64,000 nucleotides of DNA, from contig CBDFLJ010000002.1 of NCBI GenBank assembly GCA_965248835.1, positions 2,336,001-2,400,000 of the forward strand. Reading direction: 5' to 3'. This stretch comes from Alphaproteobacteria bacterium (lineage in GTDB: Bacteria > Pseudomonadota > Alphaproteobacteria > MPNO01). The first letter of the stretch is position 1, and every line of letters begins with the position of its first letter. A program made the translations under genes and the position numbers. The notes under the pieces are model-generated. The model was not told the origin of the DNA. It did not search any database and saw nothing but the letters and a program-made list of their open reading frames with translations. Of the stretch, positions 1-10,097 are shown piece by piece.

Positions 1-150
1 AACACATCGTCAACACGAGAGCATCAGCGCGATATGCGTGTTCCCCGTGACTTCATTGGGGACCGGGCGACCTGGGGCAAGGTCTTGCGCAACGCGCCCT
101 ACCCCTGCGGATCCGGCGGGAAATACGTGCACCGCCACGGCTGGGTCTGA
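1..150 (+). pseudogene. Degenerate SEC-C (SecA C-terminal zinc-binding) motif remnant
   Basis: Frame 1 reads [29 protein letters not shown], resembling the alphaproteobacterial SecA tail TWGKVGRNxxCPCGSGKKYKxCHG with two Cys lost. Confidence 0.7.
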
Positions 151-353
151 CGCCTGCCGGCCCCATCCTGGGGGAGGGTTCGGTTGGCTGCACGATTTCG
201 GCTTCGTCCGGAGGGGGGGCTGAGAAGCGGTCTGAAGACCCTGCACCGAGCCCGTCGAAGGGGCCGCGCAAAGAAGCGTCGTCCCCAAGGACGCAGCCGG
301 GAAAGCGGCCTGCGGGCTTGCCTTGCAGCCGTCGGGAGTGACAGGATTCGGGC

Positions 354-1217
354 ATGCCAGCAGGAAGGAGCCCTGCCATAATTTCGCGCCGTCACTTTCT
401 CGCAGCCTCGGCCGGCGCGGCGCTGCTGCCCTCGGCGGCCCGCGCCGTCGGCGCGCCGTTGCCGATCTTCGACGCCCATATCCATTTCAGCCACGACGCG
501 GCCGAGCGGTTTTCCGTCGGCGAAGCTGTCGCCATTCTGGAGAAGGCGGGGCTGAAGCGGGCGCTGGTGTCGAGCTCGGACGACGCAGGCACCCGCGCGC
601 TCTACGCCGCCGCGCCGGGCCTCGTCTTGCCCAGCCTGCGCCCCTACCGCCGGCGCGGCGAGATCAACAGCTGGGTCGACGATCCGTCGGTGATCGACTT
701 CCTCGAGCACCGTCTGAAGCGCTTCAAGTGGGTCGCGGTCGGCGAATTCCACCTCTTCGCCTCGCAAACCGACAAGGCGGTGCCGCGGCGCATGATCGAG
801 TTGGCGCGGCAGCACAATCTTCTCCTGCACGCCCATTCGGACGCCGGCGCGGTCGACGGGATCTTCGCCCAATGGCCGGAAGCGCGGGTCCTGTGGGCCC
901 ATGCCGGCTTCGTCGATCCGGATGTCGTCGGCTCGATGCTCGGAAAGCACACGAACCTGTGGACCGATCTGGCCTTCCGCAGCGAACACGCCCATGGCGG
1001 CCGGGTCGACGACGACTGGCGCAGCCTGTTCGCCGCCTTCCCGGACCGCATCACCGTCGGCACCGACACTTTCACGCCGGAACGCTGGCACTATGTCGTC
1101 GAGCACGCCGACTGGACCCGGCAATGGCTGACCGACCTGCCGCGCGACCTCGCCGAAAAGATCGCCTGGCGCAACGGCGAGGCGATGATCCGGCCGCACC
1201 TGGCGCAACTGCGCTAG
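354..1217 (+). CDS. Tat-exported amidohydrolase-superfamily (TIM barrel) protein
   Basis: SRRHFL twin-arginine signal; DAHIH metal motif; GEFH, HAH and GTD motifs. Confidence 0.85.
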   Translation: MPAGRSPAIISRRHFLAASAGAALLPSAARAVGAPLPIFDAHIHFSHDAAERFSVGEAVAILEKAGLKRALVSSSDDAGTRALYAAAPGLVLPSLRPYRRRGEINSWVDDPSVIDFLEHRLKRFKWVAVGEFHLFASQTDKAVPRRMIELARQHNLLLHAHSDAGAVDGIFAQWPEARVLWAHAGFVDPDVVGSMLGKHTNLWTDLAFRSEHAHGGRVDDDWRSLFAAFPDRITVGTDTFTPERWHYVVEHADWTRQWLTDLPRDLAEKIAWRNGEAMIRPHLAQLR

Positions 1218-1223
1218 CGCGCG

Positions 1224-1634
1224 ATGGCCCGGTGGCGCCTCGGCGGACCGGCGCTCGCGGCCGCGCTTACCCTCGTTCTCGCGGCCGGCCAGGCGGCGGC
1301 CTGCGCCCGTCCGCAGGGCTGGACCGGCGGCGCGAGAATCGCCGGCGCGCTATGGACGGCATGGTGGCGATCGGAACCCGCCCCGATTCCGGTCGGCGCG
1401 CATTTTTCCGTCCGTTTCCATCTGTGCGGGCCGCCGGTCGGCCGGGTCGGGGTGCGCGGCTGGATGCCGGACCACCGGCACGGAATGAACTACCGGCCCG
1501 CGGTAACCCTGAACGGCTCGTCCGGAACGGCCGAAGGCCTGCTGTTCCACATGCCGGGGCGCTGGCAGCTGATTCTGGATGTCCGCGGCGCGGCGGGCCG
1601 CGAGAAGCTGACCGCCAAAACGGTGCCGGAGTGA
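1224..1634 (+). CDS. Secreted YtkA/FixH-like protein
   Basis: Signal peptide; MPDHRHGMNY and FHMPGRW motifs typical of YtkA-like domains. Confidence 0.65.
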   Translation: MARWRLGGPALAAALTLVLAAGQAAACARPQGWTGGARIAGALWTAWWRSEPAPIPVGAHFSVRFHLCGPPVGRVGVRGWMPDHRHGMNYRPAVTLNGSSGTAEGLLFHMPGRWQLILDVRGAAGREKLTAKTVPE

Positions 1635-2857
1635 CGCCTTGGCGCTCGGGCGCGTCCGTCGCCGCGCGGCTGGCCGCTGGGCTCACGGGATTTCCGATCG
1701 TATTCTGTATACTTTCCGGCATCGCCGTGCTGGCGTCGGCGCTCGACTTCACCGCCGAGGAAGAACGCCGGATCCTGCGCCACGGGCCGTGGCCGCCAGC
1801 CTCGCGGCCCGATCCGAGCAACCGGGTTTCCGGCAAACCGGCCGCCATCGCCTTCGGCCGAGCGCTGTTCTTCGATCCGCGGCTGTCGCTCTCCGGCGCA
1901 GTCTCGTGCGCAACCTGCCACCCGCCGGACCGGGCCTGGACCGATGGCCTACCGCGAAGCCGTGGGCACCGGATCGTCGACCGCAACGCACCCAGCCTGT
2001 TCAACTTGCGGTTCAACCGGTGGTTCGGCTGGGACGGAGCGCAGGACACGCTGTGGGCGCAAAACCTGCGGCCCCTCCTCGACCGGCGCGAAATGGGTGT
2101 CGGCCCCGGCGGCGCGGCGCGGCTGGTCCGCTCCGACCGGCAGCTTTCCTGCGGCTACCGGAGCGCTTTCGGCGTAGCGCCCGGCGCAGACGACGCACGG
2201 ATTTTCGTCGATCTCGGCAAGACATTGGCGGCGTTCCTGGAAACCCAGGTCACCGGCCGGACGCCGTTCGATGATTTCCGCGACGCCCTGGCCCGCGACG
2301 ATGCGGCCGGTCGGGCCCGCTATCCGGCCGCCGCCGGGCGCGGCCTGCGCCTGTTCGTCGGCCGGGGCAACTGCGCCTTCTGCCATTTCGGCCCGGCGTT
2401 CACCAACGGCGAGTTCGCCGATGCCGGCGTGCCGCATTTCGTCGAACCCGGCCGGGTCGATCCCGGCCGACACGGCGGCATCCGCAAATTGCGCCGGAGC
2501 CCGTACACCCTGCTGGGCCGCTTCAATGACGATGCGCAACGCTCCACCGCCGCCAAGACCCGCTATGTTCGCCCGCGCCAAAGCAACTTCGGCGAGTTCC
2601 GGGTGCCGGGCCTGCGCAACGTGGCGCTCACCGGGCCCTACATGCATGCCGGCAGCCTCGAGACGCTCGCCGACGTCGCCCGCCACTATTCGACGATCGA
2701 CGAGGAACGGCTGCACGCCGGAGGTGAACGGATTCTGCGCCGCCTGGACCTTAGCGCGCGCGAACGGGCCGATCTCGTCGCCTTTCTCGAAACGCTGACG
2801 GAAAAAAAACCGCTTCACGAAATCGTAAAGAAAACCGGAATCGCCGTGTGCCGATAG
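1631..2857 (+). CDS. Di-heme cytochrome c peroxidase / MauG-family protein
   Basis: Two CxxCH motifs (CATCH, CAFCH); GRALFFDPRLS, RNAPSL, WDG and FRVPGLRNVALTGPYMHAG; GTG start overlaps the upstream stop (GTGA). Confidence 0.9.
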   Translation: MTPWRSGASVAARLAAGLTGFPIVFCILSGIAVLASALDFTAEEERRILRHGPWPPASRPDPSNRVSGKPAAIAFGRALFFDPRLSLSGAVSCATCHPPDRAWTDGLPRSRGHRIVDRNAPSLFNLRFNRWFGWDGAQDTLWAQNLRPLLDRREMGVGPGGAARLVRSDRQLSCGYRSAFGVAPGADDARIFVDLGKTLAAFLETQVTGRTPFDDFRDALARDDAAGRARYPAAAGRGLRLFVGRGNCAFCHFGPAFTNGEFADAGVPHFVEPGRVDPGRHGGIRKLRRSPYTLLGRFNDDAQRSTAAKTRYVRPRQSNFGEFRVPGLRNVALTGPYMHAGSLETLADVARHYSTIDEERLHAGGERILRRLDLSARERADLVAFLETLTEKKPLHEIVKKTGIAVCR

Positions 2858-2913
2858 CCAAATTCGCTTTCTGCACGATTGAACTTCCGGCAATAATCGC
2901 GATTCTTCGGTCC

Positions 2914-2994
2914 GTGCCGTCCTCTCTCGATTTCGAAAAACCGATCGCCGAACTCGAAGGCAAGATCGAGAAATTGCGCCATCTGCCGGACGGC
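2914..2994 (+). pseudogene. accA: 5' remnant of acetyl-CoA carboxylase carboxyltransferase alpha subunit
   Basis: VPSSLDFEKPIAELEGKIEKLRHL matches the AccA N-terminus; cut off by an IS256 fragment. Confidence 0.7.
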
Positions 2995-3261
2995 CGAGAA
3001 GCCGATCATCTCGCGCAAAAGGTCGGCGTCGGAACTCTTTTCCAACAGCGCGCGCAGGGTCATCATGTCGTTGGCGGTCATCGTGGTTCTCCTCCGGTCG
3101 GGTGGACTCTGCAAGCCCAACCCTAAACCGGTACCGCGATGGCCTCCGCTATGGATAACCGGCTCGCCGCCGCCAGACCCTTGGCGGTCGCTGCGGCGAG
3201 CCGCTTACCCACAGCTACCAGAGGCAGCCAGAGCTCCTACACCACGTCTGGGGACACAACC
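2992..3261 (-). mobile_element. IS256-family left end and transposase N-terminal fragment
   Basis: MTANDMMTLRALLEKSSDADLLREMIGFSA from ATG 3081; IS end-like GGTTGTGTCCC near 3261. Confidence 0.7.
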
Positions 3262-3318
3262 GCCGTTTGCTCGCTTGCATGGAACAGGGACGCTCATGCC
3301 GGCCAAAAGATAGCGACC

Positions 3319-3789
3319 TCAATCCCCCGCGAACGCGATCAATCGCCCACAGACGAGTGCTCCCAGCCAGCAAACCGTCGAGAGGATGGCATGACCGACC
3401 AGGCGGGCGCGCGGGGCGTCCTTGAGCAGGAACCCGTGGGCCCGGCACAGAGCGAGCGTAGACAGGACCCCGACAGCGATGAAGGTTAGCTTGAGCTGCA
3501 GGAATCCGACGCCGCTGTATTCCCGCGCCCGGACCGAGAACAGCAGCGGTCCCGTGAGCAGGGCAAGGGTCAGCCCGCTCGCCGCAACCGGCGCGAGCAC
3601 CCGCACCACCGCTTCGCGAGAGATACCGCGCCACACGCCAAGAAGCCGCAGATTGAGCGGGACGACGGACCCGATCAGCAGGGCGATCGCGAAGATGTGC
3701 GCGGTGTTGACTGCGGCATAGACCCAGCGGGACCCCCGCAGAGCCTGCGCCAGGGCCGTCCCCTCGAGCGCCGCGAACAGGGCCTCCAA
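3319..3789 (-). CDS. DUF6644/DUF2214-like inner membrane protein
   Basis: Four hydrophobic segments; HIFAIALLIG, NLRLLG, LKL and GRLIAF motifs; probable TTG start at 3789. Confidence 0.7.
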   Translation of the reverse strand: MEALFAALEGTALAQALRGSRWVYAAVNTAHIFAIALLIGSVVPLNLRLLGVWRGISREAVVRVLAPVAASGLTLALLTGPLLFSVRAREYSGVGFLQLKLTFIAVGVLSTLALCRAHGFLLKDAPRARLVGHAILSTVCWLGALVCGRLIAFAGD

Positions 3790-3793
3790 GGTC

Positions 3794-4162
3794 TCAGTCG
3801 CGCCCGGGGTAGAGGATGTACGCGCGTTTGCCCAGGAATAGCCGTTCCACCTTGATCCGTTTTTCCGACACATCGTCGGCCGGCTCGCCGATCAACCGGA
3901 TTTCGACCCCTTCGGCCAGATCGCCGTCCTTGAGGCCGGCGCGTTCGTTGCGCCAGGGCTGACCGACCTCGGCCGTCCACTCCTCGCCCTCCACGTCGAT
4001 CTTCAGAATGCCGTGGGGATTGCCCAGCCGGACGGTCTTGACGATGCCGGTCAAATCGATATTGCCGCCGGTCGTCCACGACCAGCCGTGATGGGCCAGA
4101 GTCCCGACCGTCGGAGCCGTGAGTCCCAGGGCCAAGACCGTGATGAACAAGAGCCTCATCAT
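3794..4162 (-). CDS. DUF6152-like secreted protein
   Basis: Signal peptide followed by HHGWSW and NPH motifs; 4 nt from the downstream membrane protein gene. Confidence 0.75.
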   Translation of the reverse strand: MMRLLFITVLALGLTAPTVGTLAHHGWSWTTGGNIDLTGIVKTVRLGNPHGILKIDVEGEEWTAEVGQPWRNERAGLKDGDLAEGVEIRLIGEPADDVSEKRIKVERLFLGKRAYILYPGRD

Positions 4163-4607
4163 GGTGCTCCTCCGATGCCTCAAGCGTTACCGGGAAGGTT
4201 GCGTCACACGATCGGACATTCAAGCCGACACGTCTCGGACAAGCTGCAAGTCTATCGCGATCATACCCTTGGAGAATAGATGACCGTACGGTTAAGCGAG
4301 GCATTTGCTTGGGTGAGTAGCTGAAGGGGTATCCTGCAAGTAAGGACGCCAAACGCACAGACCCGCATGCAGTCTTTGTGCGATCGGAGGATTGTCCTGA
4401 CTGTAAATAGCATATCTTTGTAATCATTGATGTTTTCGTGGTTGCCTGTCATGCGGATACCTGGCCGTCGCCGCGCCGCGGGAATCGGCGGAGAATCGTC
4501 CTGATTCTGTTGTCCGGCGCCTGGCTTGCGGTGCACGGCGAAATCGGGCTCACGGACCGCCCGACGCGTACGGTTTAGCCGGCCGCCTGGCACCGTCCGG
4601 TGCAGCG

Positions 4608-4838
4608 TCAGGCGAGGCGCCGCGCGACCTGCCAGCGGCGCGCGGCCACCACCGCCCAAATTCCCTCTGCGATCAGGAAGGGATAGGAATCGATCAGGTA
4701 GGCGTAGACCGCGGCGAGCGAGCAGCCGACCGCGAAGGCGGCGATGAAGAACGTGCCGCGTCTCTCGAGAGCGTAGGACGCGACCATCGTCGCGATGGCA
4801 ACGATGCCGAGGATTTCTACCAGGGGCGGGGCCGTCAT
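4608..4838 (-). CDS. Small membrane protein (CBU_0592-like)
   Basis: 76 aa with three hydrophobic helices; YALE and EGIW motifs. Confidence 0.6.
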   Translation of the reverse strand: MTAPPLVEILGIVAIATMVASYALERRGTFFIAAFAVGCSLAAVYAYLIDSYPFLIAEGIWAVVAARRWQVARRLA

Positions 4839-5074
4839 GACGGGTCGCCCCCGGGCCTGTCACCGTGGGGCGGCTCGGGGAGCGGCGCGTCCCGACCGGC
4901 GCGCTTCGCGCATTCGGTCGCTTGGTTCGCGAACCGCCGGGTGACGAGCGCCCGGTCATGGAACCGCCGGTGGCTGGAGACGCGATGCCGGAGATCCACC
5001 GGGTCCATTTTTTCGCAATAGCGGATAGTCGAGTCTGGCACGCCAAGCCGCGCCGTAACCTCGCCGATCGTCAT
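4835..5074 (-). pseudogene. MerR-family regulator remnant
   Basis: MTIGEVTARLGVPDSTIRYCEK is a MerR HTH start; the rest is degenerate. Confidence 0.6.
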
Positions 5075-5340
5075 CGTCGGACTCCCTTCCGCCTTACCCG
5101 TTTGTGGCGCAATTTAGCGCGACGAGCAGGCCGGCACCCATCGCGTCGAGCGCGATCCCGATGGGCTCGATAGTCGACACGGAGCCGAACGCCACTCGGG
5201 AGACAGCCCGGAGAGTTGGCGACCGCATCGGACATGTTGCGTCATCCGAACGGGAGCGAGATGTCTCGCGCACCGGGTCCGCGCGATGGACGGCCCGCTC
5301 AGCGCGGTGCTGTCGCAACACCGTATTTTGGCACCCCGCG

Positions 5341-5370
5341 CACCGGTTCGCTACACACCGGTTCGCTACA
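5341..5370. repeat. 15-bp direct tandem duplication CACCGGTTCGCTACA x2
   Basis: Exact duplication seen upstream of the ORF at 5452. Confidence 0.9.
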
Positions 5371-5451
5371 ATTGTCATGGTCGGGCCCGCGTCCTGGAAA
5401 CTGCGCATTCTTGCGTGCTACGATGAAACGTCTCTAACCGGAGGGCATGGC

Positions 5452-6729
5452 ATGGACGGGCACGAAGCGATCGAGAACCGCATTGCGCCGGGTGCGGAGA
5501 CGGATTCGTCGGGCTATGTGCCGTCGCTTCAACTCACGAAAGGACAGCCGCCGCCCATCGCGGCGAATGGCGGCTTGTCATACATGTCGTTCGATCGGGA
5601 CGGGGATGCGGGAACGGCCGCGGCGATCCAGGCGGCGCTCGACCAGGTCGCCGAAGGGCGTGTGCAGGCGTTTATCGATCGGATCGAAAGCGCGCCCCCC
5701 GGTCCCATCGAGACCGAGTGGGCCCCCGGGTTCCGCGAATACGAGGAATGCCTGGAGTATATTCGGGCGAACAACATCGAGGCCCCCGAAGGCGGTTTGG
5801 CGCTTCCGCTACGATACACTGCGCACGAGCAACCGTCCTACTCCATCGTTTCGTCCAACGCGCTCTGGCGGGACCCGGCGCGCGCGGCGGAGGCGAAAGA
5901 GTTGCGCAAGGCCGAAGAGAACAACGGGCGGCGCAGCCTCTACTTCCCGCAGGTGATGCGCGACGCACGCCGCATCGGGGAGTACTACCCCGGGCTATCG
6001 GTCGAGAGCCCCGAATGCATGGACAAGCTCGGCGTCTCGCTGGCGCATCTCGAATCCAAATGCGAAAACTTCTACGACTCGGCGGAGGTGGAACGCGTGT
6101 TCTACCCGGAGATCGAGAAGCTCCTGCTGTCGTTCTTCCCGGATGCGACCGATGCGCTCGTCTACAACCACGACATCTTCGACAAGGACTATCAGGGCGA
6201 CCGCACGGAAGACCAGGACGCCAAGAACCCGGGCGTGAACGCCAACTACGTCAACCTCGTGCACAACGACCTGAACGACAACAGCGGCCGGGTACGCTGC
6301 CGCGAGTTGCTGACGAAGAACCTGCGGAACTTCGGGCGCGAGCAGCACTGCACGGAGGCAGAGGCTGACGAGAAGATGTCGCGGCGATTCATGTCGATCA
6401 ATCTCGCCAAGCCGATGGAAACCGTAGGCCAGTTCCCCTTCGTTCTCTGCGCCTGGCCCTCTTTCGCCGACCAGCCCTACATCACGAATTATCGCGTCTA
6501 CGACGACCGCGTCGGCGAGACCACGCGTTTCACCTACCGGCCCGACCACGAGTGGTACTGGTTTCCCCAGCAGAAGCCGACCGAGATCTCGATGCTCAAA
6601 TGCTACGACACCATCGCCGACGGCTCCGTCTCACGCTGGTCTTTCCACACGGCCTGCATCGACCCGACCGAGCCCTCCGACGCGCCCTGTCGTAAGAACG
6701 CCGTGGTCCGCGCCTTTGTCTTCTTCTAA
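5452..6729 (+). CDS. CmcJ/NvfI (AsaB-like) family oxidoreductase with long N-terminal extension
   Basis: YPEIEKLL, VHND, WYWFPQQ, LKCYD and FHTA motifs; RBS GGAGGG upstream. Confidence 0.75.
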   Translation: MDGHEAIENRIAPGAETDSSGYVPSLQLTKGQPPPIAANGGLSYMSFDRDGDAGTAAAIQAALDQVAEGRVQAFIDRIESAPPGPIETEWAPGFREYEECLEYIRANNIEAPEGGLALPLRYTAHEQPSYSIVSSNALWRDPARAAEAKELRKAEENNGRRSLYFPQVMRDARRIGEYYPGLSVESPECMDKLGVSLAHLESKCENFYDSAEVERVFYPEIEKLLLSFFPDATDALVYNHDIFDKDYQGDRTEDQDAKNPGVNANYVNLVHNDLNDNSGRVRCRELLTKNLRNFGREQHCTEAEADEKMSRRFMSINLAKPMETVGQFPFVLCAWPSFADQPYITNYRVYDDRVGETTRFTYRPDHEWYWFPQQKPTEISMLKCYDTIADGSVSRWSFHTACIDPTEPSDAPCRKNAVVRAFVFF

Positions 6730-7009
6730 ATGCTTGAGCGGAACTGCAGATCGCGTTGGCGTTTCGGCAAAAATCCGGCGGTCCAATCGACGTAGGGGTT
6801 TCGACACCAACGCTTGACCCAGCTGCGCGGAAGGCCATGCGGCGCGGATTCTCTCCGCACCGTAAGACGCCAACGCCAACACCACGCGCTTCGCTCGCTG
6901 TCGCAATCTTGCCCTGCCGCGACCGGATCACCCGGCCGCCTTACCCCTGCGCCGTTCACAGACACTTCACAAGGCCAGGAAGGCCAAACGCTTACGAGAG
7001 GCATGAGAG

Positions 7010-7714
7010 ATGGACGGACGGAAAGTAGCGATCGTCACCGCCGGCGGCCGGGGGATGGGCGCCGCGATTGCCCGGGCTCTCGCCGCGCAGGATCACGCGC
7101 TTGTCCTGATGTCGCCCGGCGGGTCCGCAGAGGCGCTGGCCGCAGAGCTCGGTGCGATCGGCGTCAACGGTTCGGTCACCAGGGCCGGGGACCTCGAAAA
7201 GCTGGTCGGCGCCGCGATGGACGCCCATGGCCGGATCGACGCCGTGGCCAACAACACCGGTTTCCCGCCCAAGGGGCCGCTGCTCGAGATCCCCGACGAG
7301 GACTGGCATGACGGCCTCGATATGGTCCTGATGAACGTCATCCGCATGGCCCGGCTGGTGACGCCGATCATGGCCGGGCAGCGCGGCGGTGCGATCGTCA
7401 ACATTTCCACCTACGCCGCCGTCGAGCCCAGCCCGGCCTATCCGGTCTCCGCGACCTTCCGGGCGGGGCTCTCCGCGTTCACCAAGCTCTATGCCGATCG
7501 CTACGCCCCCGACGGCATCCGCATGAACAACATCCTGCCCGGCTTCATCGATACCCACGGCGTCGACGAAGAGGTGGCGGAAGGCATCCCCGCGCGACGC
7601 TACGGAACCCCGGAAGAGGTGGGCGAAACTGCGGCGTTCCTGCTCTCCGAGGGCGCCGGCTACATCACCGGCCAGAACCTCCGCATCGATGGCGGGCTGA
7701 CGCGGTCGGTGTAG
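7010..7714 (+). CDS. SDR family oxidoreductase
   Basis: TAGGRGMG, NNTG, VNIS, ILPG and ITGQNLRIDGG motifs. Confidence 0.92.
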   Translation: MDGRKVAIVTAGGRGMGAAIARALAAQDHALVLMSPGGSAEALAAELGAIGVNGSVTRAGDLEKLVGAAMDAHGRIDAVANNTGFPPKGPLLEIPDEDWHDGLDMVLMNVIRMARLVTPIMAGQRGGAIVNISTYAAVEPSPAYPVSATFRAGLSAFTKLYADRYAPDGIRMNNILPGFIDTHGVDEEVAEGIPARRYGTPEEVGETAAFLLSEGAGYITGQNLRIDGGLTRSV

Positions 7715-7829
7715 CCCGCCGCTTTCCTCACGGGTGCAACGAGATACAGATCGCCTCTTCGCCGGGTATCTCGCCGTCGAGCATCCGGACGGCCGGATCG
7801 AGATCGCGTTGTCGAACGGCCACCGGGTG

Positions 7830-8330
7830 AGCGCGGTCGGGGCGTTCTCCAGCCGGCTCATGGTGGGCTGCGAGCACAGCGGGCGGCCGCTCTCCGGCGC
7901 CTGGCCCACGGCCGGCTTGAGCAGGGGATCGGTGCGCAGGGCGTCGCAGTCCTCGGTATCCTCGTATCCGCAGGCGATCGCGAACATGCGGAAGCGCAGC
8001 ATTGCCGACAGCGTGTGCACCACCAGCGCCGGGTCGCGCCAGTCCCGGATGCAGCCCGCCAACGTCTCGGCCAGGCCGAGCCGGCGTTCCGCCTCGCGCA
8101 ACAGAACCAGGCCGCCGTCCGAGGAGATCAGGCCGCCATCGAAATCGGCGGTCACCTTCCTGCGTCGGACGGCTGGAAGATCGAACGGGAGAAGGGTATC
8201 TTCGGTCATGGCGGCGTGGCGCTTTCGTTGCCTGGAAAGAATGACGCTTCGACAACGAATTTCTACCCGACGACAACGACTTACGCCACGTTTGCCACCG
8301 CAACATCAGGCCCGGCATGAATAATGGGGG
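7830..8330 (-). mobile_element. IS1380-family 5' fragment
   Basis: MTEDTLLPFDLPAVRRRKVTADFDGGLISSDGG...CGYED...SQPTMSRLEN, then truncated; end motif CCCCCATTATTCATGCCG at 8330. Confidence 0.85.
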
Positions 8331-8510
8331 TTAGACGCCGGCCGTTTTGGTCTGTCTGATCCGGGCAGGGGCGTGCGACGCAATTTGGCGGCGCGTGTCG
8401 GATTGTCTGTCTAGAAGGCATCGTGTGCGTAAGCGATAGAGTGGATGCCTCGTCCCGACGACACCGCCAACCCGGCAGATCACGATGCCGTCGGGAGAGG
8501 GCGTCCACTT

Positions 8511-8559
8511 CATCATTTTTGTGCCGTCGCGCCGGTATATATTTGCTCCGTCGTTGACA
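8511..8559 (-). mobile_element. Isolated IS21-like terminal sequence
   Basis: Minus strand TGTCAACGACGGAGCAAAT, similar to the end at 49602-49653. Confidence 0.5.
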
Positions 8560-8885
8560 AGAGCCGTCTAGCCCGGCGAGGTGTCCGGTCAAATAAGGGC
8601 TACTCGAGCGTAGGCGTTCGGTGACTTTTTGTGATCGTTCAACCGCCGCTGTATGGCCTTCGCTTTCGATGCATTCGCTCGCGGTCACACCGCCAGGGGC
8701 ACCGGCATCCGGGGGTATTTCCGGCACCGCCGGTTGCAACGGCTGCCGGTAGCGCAGCCGGTGTACCTAGAGGCGGTTCGCGCGGCCTTCGCCAACCACA
8801 CCCATTGACCGGCACCGTTTGACATTGCTGCCGTCTTTATCCACATTAAAAGCCAGAGTCGACAAAAAAATGTCAGGATGGCCAC

Positions 8886-10094
8886 ATGTTGCACTGGATC
8901 AGTGTCAGAAACTGCGAATCCATACGGGATGAAATCGCGCTGGACTTCCGGGTCCCGCGCACGACACCGGAGAGGCCGTGGCTGCGTCGCTCCTCTTCAC
9001 GCTCCGATCTCCGCGTTCCGACGGTCATCGCCTTCATCGGTCCCAACGGGTCCGGCAAGACCACGTGGTTGCGGGCCCTGGCGGACACGATACGCTTCGC
9101 GGCGGATTCCTACGACAATAGGCCGGGCCCCATGATACATTTCCCTGCCTTTGCGTCCGAAGAGGCCCTGAGCAATCCAACGCGTATCGAGGTCGAATTC
9201 GATGCGCCCTGGCTGCTGTCCGCTGAGGAAGAGCCTAACCGCGTGTTCCGCTACACCCTGGAACTGCTGCGCGGGACACGGAATGTTTACCCCGACACAG
9301 TGGGTTACGAGGCGCTTCACGACTTCCCGCGGGGGCGTAGGCGGCGCCTGATGGAACGCCGCGGCGACCGGGCGGTCCACGTGGCCCGGGAGATGTCGAT
9401 CAAGCCGAGCGACGATCGCCTCGCCTCTGTTCCCGTCAACGCCTCCGTGCTGTCGACCTTATCCAGGATGGGCGTCGAGACCTTCTCGGCGATCGTCGAA
9501 AGTCTCGACGAGGTGCAGATGAACGTTACGGCAATCGATCCGATACGCCCCGACACCGAGACGGTGACGCACTACTTCCGCGGCAACCCCCAGGTAAAGG
9601 ACCGGATGGCGGACACGCTCGGGCGCTTCGATCTCAGTATCGAAGGCATGGACGTGCAGCAGTCTGATGACGGAAGGTGGCACCTGGTCTTTTCCCATTC
9701 CGGTCTTGGCTGGGATATCCCCTTTGTGTTCGAGTCCGCCGGGACGCGTCATATCGTGCGTGCTTTCCCGTATCTCAATTTTGCGCTCGAAACCGGAGGC
9801 GTGGCGGTGATGGACGCGCTGGATAACGATCTCCACGCCGATCTGGTGGACGAGATTCTCGGCTGGTTCCGGCGGGAAGACACCAACCCCCGCAACGCGC
9901 AGCTGATCTGTTCCCTGCACAGCCTGTCGGTGCTTGACGATCTCGAGAAGGAGGAGGTGTTCATCGTGGAAAAGGACCGGGCCGGCGTCACCCGGGCATA
10001 CGGGGTGCGGGACGTCCAAGGGATACGGAGGGGCATCGATCTTCGGAAACTCTACCGCGGCGGCGTGCTCGGCGGGCTGCCCAGGTTCGGCTGA
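8886..10094 (+). CDS. ABC-type AAA ATPase (AAA_21, RloA/AbiEii-like)
   Basis: Walker A GPNGSGKT; ESAGT signature; Walker B variant VMDAL...LH; H-loop SLH; C-terminal YRGGVLGG. Confidence 0.88.
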   Translation: MLHWISVRNCESIRDEIALDFRVPRTTPERPWLRRSSSRSDLRVPTVIAFIGPNGSGKTTWLRALADTIRFAADSYDNRPGPMIHFPAFASEEALSNPTRIEVEFDAPWLLSAEEEPNRVFRYTLELLRGTRNVYPDTVGYEALHDFPRGRRRRLMERRGDRAVHVAREMSIKPSDDRLASVPVNASVLSTLSRMGVETFSAIVESLDEVQMNVTAIDPIRPDTETVTHYFRGNPQVKDRMADTLGRFDLSIEGMDVQQSDDGRWHLVFSHSGLGWDIPFVFESAGTRHIVRAFPYLNFALETGGVAVMDALDNDLHADLVDEILGWFRREDTNPRNAQLICSLHSLSVLDDLEKEEVFIVEKDRAGVTRAYGVRDVQGIRRGIDLRKLYRGGVLGGLPRFG

Positions 10095-10097
10095 ATC

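Noticed and set aside
323-1630. 844-aa ORF suggesting a long N-terminal fusion to the peroxidase
   Set aside because: The first half overlaps two better-supported genes in another frame; it is GC-rich read-through, and the likely start is 1631
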